Part shown: piece by piece, positions 58,989 to 64,000 of the stretch
Position numbering within the stretch: the stretch's first letter is position 1
Layout of the letters: each line of letters starts with the position of its first letter
Assembly: GCA_016839555.1 (NCBI GenBank)
Contig: JAEOUA010000008.1
Location: 262,372-326,371, forward strand
Direction: 5' to 3'
From: Promethearchaeota archaeon
Lineage (GTDB): Archaea > Asgardarchaeota > Lokiarchaeia > Sigyniarchaeales > SOKP01
DNA: 64,000 nt
Translations under genes and position numbers: made by a program
Notes under the pieces: model-generated
Seen by the model: the letters and a program-made list of their open reading frames with translations, nothing else
Told to the model about the DNA's origin: nothing
Database searches by the model: none

Positions 58989-60134
58989 TTAGGCGAATTT
59001 TGAAAGCAAATATTTATTAATTTTATCGTGTCTCATTTCTGTGGGTAAAGCGATACCAATTGAGATAAGATTCGTAAAAAGATAAGCAATAAGAAATAAA
59101 ATAAGATTATTAATAGATTCAAGAAACAAAGAAAAAAAGCTAAAAATAGTATAATGGAGTAAATATAAAGTAAAGGAATAACTTGCCATGAATTTAATTA
59201 TCTTTTTAGATTTTTTTGAATATTTAAAGGTAGTTAATTGGGTATAGATAAGAGCAAAGAATAATAAAAAGATTAATAATATGAGAAAATAAAAGTTATA
59301 AGAATATTGATAAACGACCAGAATATAAATAGCTAATATTAATATCGATACTAAAGTTAATATAATAAATAATTTTAGAATAAATTCACTTCTTAAATAA
59401 ATTTTTTCATGTATTTTGGTTAAATTATTGATATTTTTGTCAGAAGATATTTTATTGGGAATCCATCTTCTTACAATGTATTTATGTAGTTCTTTGAAGA
59501 ATAAGAAGAAGAAAACACCATAGATCCATAAAAATAAGAATTTTATTTTTGATTCAATATCCCACATAAATCCAGAATATATTAAAATTAGCATAACGCT
59601 AAAGAACCCTAGAACCAAGATGTAGAGATATCTTCTTTTTGTACTTCTGAATCCAAGAAGAAGCCAGCCAAAAAATAAGTAAATCCACCAAAATAAGGGT
59701 AGGGCCCAAGCTTGGCGAGCAGAACCAAAAGCAGGAACTCTTAAAAATGTATCATTAAGAAGCAACAAATTAAACACAAAAGAGAAAATATTATAAAATT
59801 TGGGATTCCTAAACCAAATTCCATCAAAAAAAAGGAGAAATAAAAGACATGCAATTAGGGTGGGATAGATTCTCGAGACTCTATTTATAAAAAAATGTTT
59901 AAATGTGTAATTCTCATCTTTCATTTTATTCAAAATAGAATAAGAGATTAATAACCCACTAATCAGAAAAAACAATGCGAGACCTAATCCTGCAAGTATA
60001 AGAGCGATTTGAAGTCTTAAAATGATGCCAATTCCATGCCCCATCGCTACGAGTTGAGCTGCGATTGCTCGAATTAGATAGAGACTTATAGAAGAGGTTT
60101 CTGAAAATTCGAATTTACTATTATTTTTTTTCAT
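58989..60134 (-). CDS. Acyltransferase-3 membrane O-acyltransferase, paralog B
   Basis: IRAIAA..V..GH, FFLISG, RVSRIYP, SFTLYLLH. Confidence 0.85.
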   Translation of the reverse strand: MKKNNSKFEFSETSSISLYLIRAIAAQLVAMGHGIGIILRLQIALILAGLGLALFFLISGLLISYSILNKMKDENYTFKHFFINRVSRIYPTLIACLLFLLFFDGIWFRNPKFYNIFSFVFNLLLLNDTFLRVPAFGSARQAWALPLFWWIYLFFGWLLLGFRSTKRRYLYILVLGFFSVMLILIYSGFMWDIESKIKFLFLWIYGVFFFLFFKELHKYIVRRWIPNKISSDKNINNLTKIHEKIYLRSEFILKLFIILTLVSILILAIYILVVYQYSYNFYFLILLIFLLFFALIYTQLTTFKYSKKSKKIIKFMASYSFTLYLLHYTIFSFFSLFLESINNLILFLIAYLFTNLISIGIALPTEMRHDKINKYLLSKFA

Positions 60135-60179
60135 GATTTAATACAATTTAAAGATTATTTAATAAGGAAAAAACAAGGT

Positions 60180-61556
60180 TCATTTATATTGATTAATAAG
60201 AGAATCCATCAAGTCTTCTAATTTTTTAGAAATATTAACTTCTTGTACCTTGATTTGCTGTAATTTTTTATATTTTTTTGGTAATTTTTTGATATATTCT
60301 TGACAATATTCCTTGATTTCGTCAAGAGTGGGAAGTTCATATATTAATTGGCCATTTTTCATAATTGGAATAAGTAGGGGAGAAGCATTTTCTGGAGGTT
60401 TTTCATCTTCTAATAGCAAAAAATCTTCCTTAAATTTGCCATTCTTATCAAATATGCGATAAACTTGTTTGCTTCCAGGAAAGGTTTTCTTTCCCTCACT
60501 GATTTTTATTTTTGGCTCTCCATTATGTTCCATTAATTTATATACAGCACTCAGAGTAGGATCATCACTAGAAGTAACAAGCTCCGTTCCAACACCAAAA
60601 GTATCAACGGGAGCTCCTTTGTCTAATATTTCTTTGATTTTATATTCATCTAAATCAGAACTTAAGACAATTTTTACCTCTTTACTATTATTTTCATCTA
60701 AAATACGTCTGACTCTTTTTGCTTCTTTTGCAAGGTCACCAGAGTCTATTCTTACTCCCAATATATTATTCTTAAATTTTGCAGCTTTAAGCGTTCCTTC
60801 TTTTATATCATAAGTATCAATAAGATGGATAGTCTTCTTATCATAATATTTATAAAAGATTTCAAAACTGTTCATTTCACCAAATTTTTCAACAAAACTG
60901 TGGGCCATTGTTCCTGAGGCCTCTATTCCTAATTCTAAATCTGCTGTTACATTACTTGTTCCATCGAACCCACTAATATAGCTTGCTCTTGCCGCATATA
61001 TCCCTGCTTGAGGACTATGCGCCCTTCTTGTACCAAATTCTAAGAGTAATTTATCTTTAGCTACGTTTCTTACTCGTGCTGCTTTTGAAGCTATGATTGT
61101 TTGGTAATTAATTACACTGATAATATAAGTTTCTATTAATTGTGCATGAAAAGAGGGGCCCTTAACTCTTACTATAGGTTCATTTGGAAAAAAAATCGTT
61201 CCCTCTTTCATCGCCCATATCTCAAGGTTGAATCGAAAATTTGGTAAATATTCGTTAAAAAAATGTTCATCAATCTTCTTGAACATATCTCTGCTGCGAA
61301 TATATTCTATGATTTGAGGAGAAAAACGAGCGTTTTGTATATAATGAATTAATTGTTCTAATCCTGCAAATATTAAAAAATTTCTATTTTTGGGTAATTT
61401 TCGAACAAAAAGCTCAAAAACAGAAATATCATTCTCCTCTTTTATATTATTTTCAAGATTATACTGATAATATGCAGCACACATTGACAATTGATAAAAA
61501 TCTGTGGAGAGAATCATATTTTTGTCGTTAATGAAGCAAGAATGTGGTTTCATCAA
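60180..61556 (-). CDS. pncB: Nicotinate phosphoribosyltransferase
   Basis: TDFYQLSM, EFGTRRAH, GTSNV, GTMAHS, LIDTYD, VRIDSGD, FGVGT, VYKL. Confidence 0.93.
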   Translation of the reverse strand: MMKPHSCFINDKNMILSTDFYQLSMCAAYYQYNLENNIKEENDISVFELFVRKLPKNRNFLIFAGLEQLIHYIQNARFSPQIIEYIRSRDMFKKIDEHFFNEYLPNFRFNLEIWAMKEGTIFFPNEPIVRVKGPSFHAQLIETYIISVINYQTIIASKAARVRNVAKDKLLLEFGTRRAHSPQAGIYAARASYISGFDGTSNVTADLELGIEASGTMAHSFVEKFGEMNSFEIFYKYYDKKTIHLIDTYDIKEGTLKAAKFKNNILGVRIDSGDLAKEAKRVRRILDENNSKEVKIVLSSDLDEYKIKEILDKGAPVDTFGVGTELVTSSDDPTLSAVYKLMEHNGEPKIKISEGKKTFPGSKQVYRIFDKNGKFKEDFLLLEDEKPPENASPLLIPIMKNGQLIYELPTLDEIKEYCQEYIKKLPKKYKKLQQIKVQEVNISKKLEDLMDSLINQYK

Positions 61557-61659
61557 AATCCCAACTTGAAGTATATTAAATTATAATTGTTAAAATTATA
61601 ATGTTAAAAATTTAAAGTATTTTAGAAATTTAAAAGATTTAGGTTTTAATTGATGAACT

Positions 61660-62859
61660 TTAAGAAGGTTTTTTTGGGTTTGTTGTAGGTTTAGTAACTC
61701 GTTTTAAGACATAATATCCGTGGAAGGTATCCTTATTTATCGTTCCATTACATCCAAAATTATCACCGGCTTTAATCTTTATCTTATCGTATTTATTATC
61801 GCTTAATCGTACCTTTAATTTTTCAAGTTTTTGTATTTTGTTTTCATCAAAATCTTTTTTCGCTTTAATCTGTGGTCCTAATTCTACATTTTTAAGGTCA
61901 ATAAGGTAATAGATTGTGACATATTCTTGAAACTCAGATTCTACTCGCTCAATATTCGTAATTTCTCCTTTATAAACCGTTACTCTTGAATCTAAGTGTT
62001 TCATTAGAATGGCATCATCCGAATCTCTATCTATTAAGGTTAATTCTTCCGCTTCCTCTTCTTTTTTCTTTTCTTCTAGGGCTGTTCCATAGATTTGAAT
62101 GGAATTTATTTGCTCTTCAAAATTCTCCGGTAATCTTGTTAAATGCCAATCTTCTAGTTTAAAAAATCCTTGTTTTAAAGAAAAAATAAATCCAATCCAG
62201 AAATGAGAGCAAAAGCCCATATTTGCACCGATGCGACAATCGCAATCCCTTTCAGGATTTTCTATATTATCCTCTGTAATAGATAAAAATGAGTTAACTT
62301 CCCAATTAAATCCTTTAAAACTAAGCTCGATTTCATTTAAATCTGGGTTCATAATTTTGATTTCTTTAATCATTTCTCGATCTTTCCCCTGAATTTTTTT
62401 GATAGCTAGTTCAATTCCATCTGAGATAATTTCAATTTCTTTATCATATATTAAGCGATTATATTCCTCTTCTGATAAAGAATCCAAGATAAATTCTATT
62501 AATTCACTCTTTTTTAATCCAGAATATCCTTTTAATAGAAAATCTCTACATATTAGTTTTAGTTCCTTTACATTAAGAGACTGTAATAAATAATTTAAAT
62601 ATGTTCTATTATCTATTTTTCTGTCGCTAGCGACTTCTTTTCTCACTTCCTCTGTAGATGATGTATCCTCTTTAATTATTGCTTTTTGCTTTAATATATC
62701 TTTAATATTTTTTTCGGAAAGACTTTTTACAATTAGTGACACTATTTCTGCTTTTTTTAATCCAGAATATCCGCTTATATCATAATTTCGGCAAATATCT
62801 CTAAGCTCTTTCACATTTAAATCATTTAATGATTTCATTATTAAAGACATATTATACAC
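61660..62859 (-). CDS. Two Rho_N/HeH(SAP-like) repeats + SWIM zinc finger + OB-like C-terminus
   Basis: L..LNVKEL..ICR.....GYSGLKK.E twice; CDC.......FCSH; beta-rich C-terminus. Confidence 0.7.
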   Translation of the reverse strand: MYNMSLIMKSLNDLNVKELRDICRNYDISGYSGLKKAEIVSLIVKSLSEKNIKDILKQKAIIKEDTSSTEEVRKEVASDRKIDNRTYLNYLLQSLNVKELKLICRDFLLKGYSGLKKSELIEFILDSLSEEEYNRLIYDKEIEIISDGIELAIKKIQGKDREMIKEIKIMNPDLNEIELSFKGFNWEVNSFLSITEDNIENPERDCDCRIGANMGFCSHFWIGFIFSLKQGFFKLEDWHLTRLPENFEEQINSIQIYGTALEEKKKEEEAEELTLIDRDSDDAILMKHLDSRVTVYKGEITNIERVESEFQEYVTIYYLIDLKNVELGPQIKAKKDFDENKIQKLEKLKVRLSDNKYDKIKIKAGDNFGCNGTINKDTFHGYYVLKRVTKPTTNPKKPS

Positions 62860-63172
62860 CTATTGGAAGCTTAATATTAAATATTTTTGGCAAGAACAAT
62901 TTCCTCTAATTACTTTTAATATACATTTTCCTTTATAATTATTTTTTCATGAATAAGATAATATGAAAATTTGTATTTTTATGTTTTTAAGATTAAAAAA
63001 TTAGCAAATTACTCATTTATACTGATTTATGTCTAAGGATATTACTTCAAAATGAAAATCCATCAATATTATTAGAGTTATTTTAGAATTTTGACTTATA
63101 TCATATAAAATATAATTTTAAATGTAAGTATTGTTTTATTCTAGATGATAGAGTATAAAGTAAAGGAATAAA

Positions 63173-63628
63173 ATGACAAATAAAAAAATTTGGACTATAA
63201 AACTCGATTGGTTAAACATTTTAAAAAAATTGGGATTAACTTCTATTGATCAAATCCCCGAATATAAACGCGAAAGGGCAATTAAAAACATCTCTAAAAT
63301 GTTTGACACGGAAGATTTACTCGCATTTGAGCCGGAAGAACTAGAGGAGCTTGTCGTAGGTGAATTAAGCGAATTAATGAAAAAAGAATTAAGGGAAAAG
63401 AACAGAAAAGAAAGAGAATTAAGAGATCAATTTAATAGCAAAATAATTCCATTAAAACGGGGTGGAATTATTAGAATTGACCCAAATGAATTAAAGGATC
63501 TTGATTTAGATGGGAATCCAGAAGACATTTTAAAATATTTCTATAAAAAATTCTTTGGGAATAAGGATAACGATGACAGAGACGAAGATGATAGAATAGA
63601 TGAAGATAAGACAGGATATTATATTTAA
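63173..63628 (+). CDS. Hypothetical protein with acidic C-terminal tail
   Basis: 151-aa ORF ending DDRDEDDRIDEDKTGYYI. Confidence 0.65.
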   Translation: MTNKKIWTIKLDWLNILKKLGLTSIDQIPEYKRERAIKNISKMFDTEDLLAFEPEELEELVVGELSELMKKELREKNRKERELRDQFNSKIIPLKRGGIIRIDPNELKDLDLDGNPEDILKYFYKKFFGNKDNDDRDEDDRIDEDKTGYYI

Positions 63629-63864
63629 AGTCTCTTATTTCCATACTTAATTCTTATTCTTTTGAAAATCTACATTTTGTTTAGCTAATTTTGATTTTAG
63701 CACTTTTTATATTTTATGAGTAAAATTTTCATTAAGATGGTTTTTAGTGTTTCAAATAATAGAACTATAAAAATAGATTTTATTAGGTGTAATAATGAAT
63801 AAATTATGAATTTCTAACGATAATAGTTGATTTTTATAAAAAGTTGAAGTGTGTATTAATTCTT

Positions 63865-63985
63865 AAAAAAAATTGTGATCAGTAATTAAAAAATGACACA
63901 AGATCAGTAATTTACTGACAAACAAATTTTTACTGCCCACAAGTTATCAGCGAGGAAAAATGTCACAAAAAAGACAATTTTTTTT
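63865..63985. repeat. Palindrome/repeat cluster (operator array or MITE-like element)
   Basis: GATCAGTAATT at 63877 and 63902; palindrome TCAGTAA-T-TTACTGA 63904-63918; 12-bp outer inverted repeat A8TTGT / ACAAT8. Confidence 0.4.
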
Positions 63986-64000
63986 CATTTTTTTATTTCG

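Noticed and set aside
1737-62593. Many short ORFs antisense to or nested in long genes (e.g. 1737-1934, 2546-2860, 5747-5986, 12461-12778, 25890-26219, 31910-32281, 47199-47573, 54245-55707, 60469-60813)
   Set aside because: Shadow frames of well-supported genes, with no motifs or ribosome-binding sites
1-64000. tRNA, rRNA, IS elements, integrases, CRISPR arrays
   Set aside because: No GC-rich cloverleaf/rRNA-like tracts, transposase or recombinase motifs, or regularly spaced repeat arrays were seen by eye

Overview
Very AT-rich, gene-dense archaeal chromosome segment. The gene set (Lokiactin-family actin, a profilin-like domain, longin/uDENN-like proteins, small GTPases, an SMC5/6-like protein, tetraether synthase, corrinoid methyltransferases) points to an Asgard archaeon, most likely Lokiarchaeia; this is inferred from gene content. 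No rRNA, tRNA, CRISPR array or transposase was recognised. Main points: (1) an actin locus (33.0-36.3 kb, minus strand) containing actin, two paralogous micro-proteins with WH2-like helices and a profilin-like domain fused to a TrmB-type HTH, with a tandem palindromic operator abutting the actin TATA box, which is a candidate actin-sensing transcriptional circuit; (2) an SMC5/6-like gene with a kleisin and a catalytically dead AAA+ partner, whose KITE-like gene lies beyond a tandemly duplicated methyltransferase/corrinoid cassette; (3) a cluster of longin/uDENN-like proteins fused to a GTPase, TPR repeats or a phospho-receiver domain; (4) a peroxiredoxin-like gene with an in-frame UGA in a UxxC motif (probable selenoprotein) that the ORF track truncates; (5) evidence for CTG/ATT start codons. 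The rest is housekeeping: nucleotide sanitation enzymes, arsR-acr3-arsC, vapBC, tes, pncB and acyltransferases. All family calls come from motif recognition by eye, not database searches.
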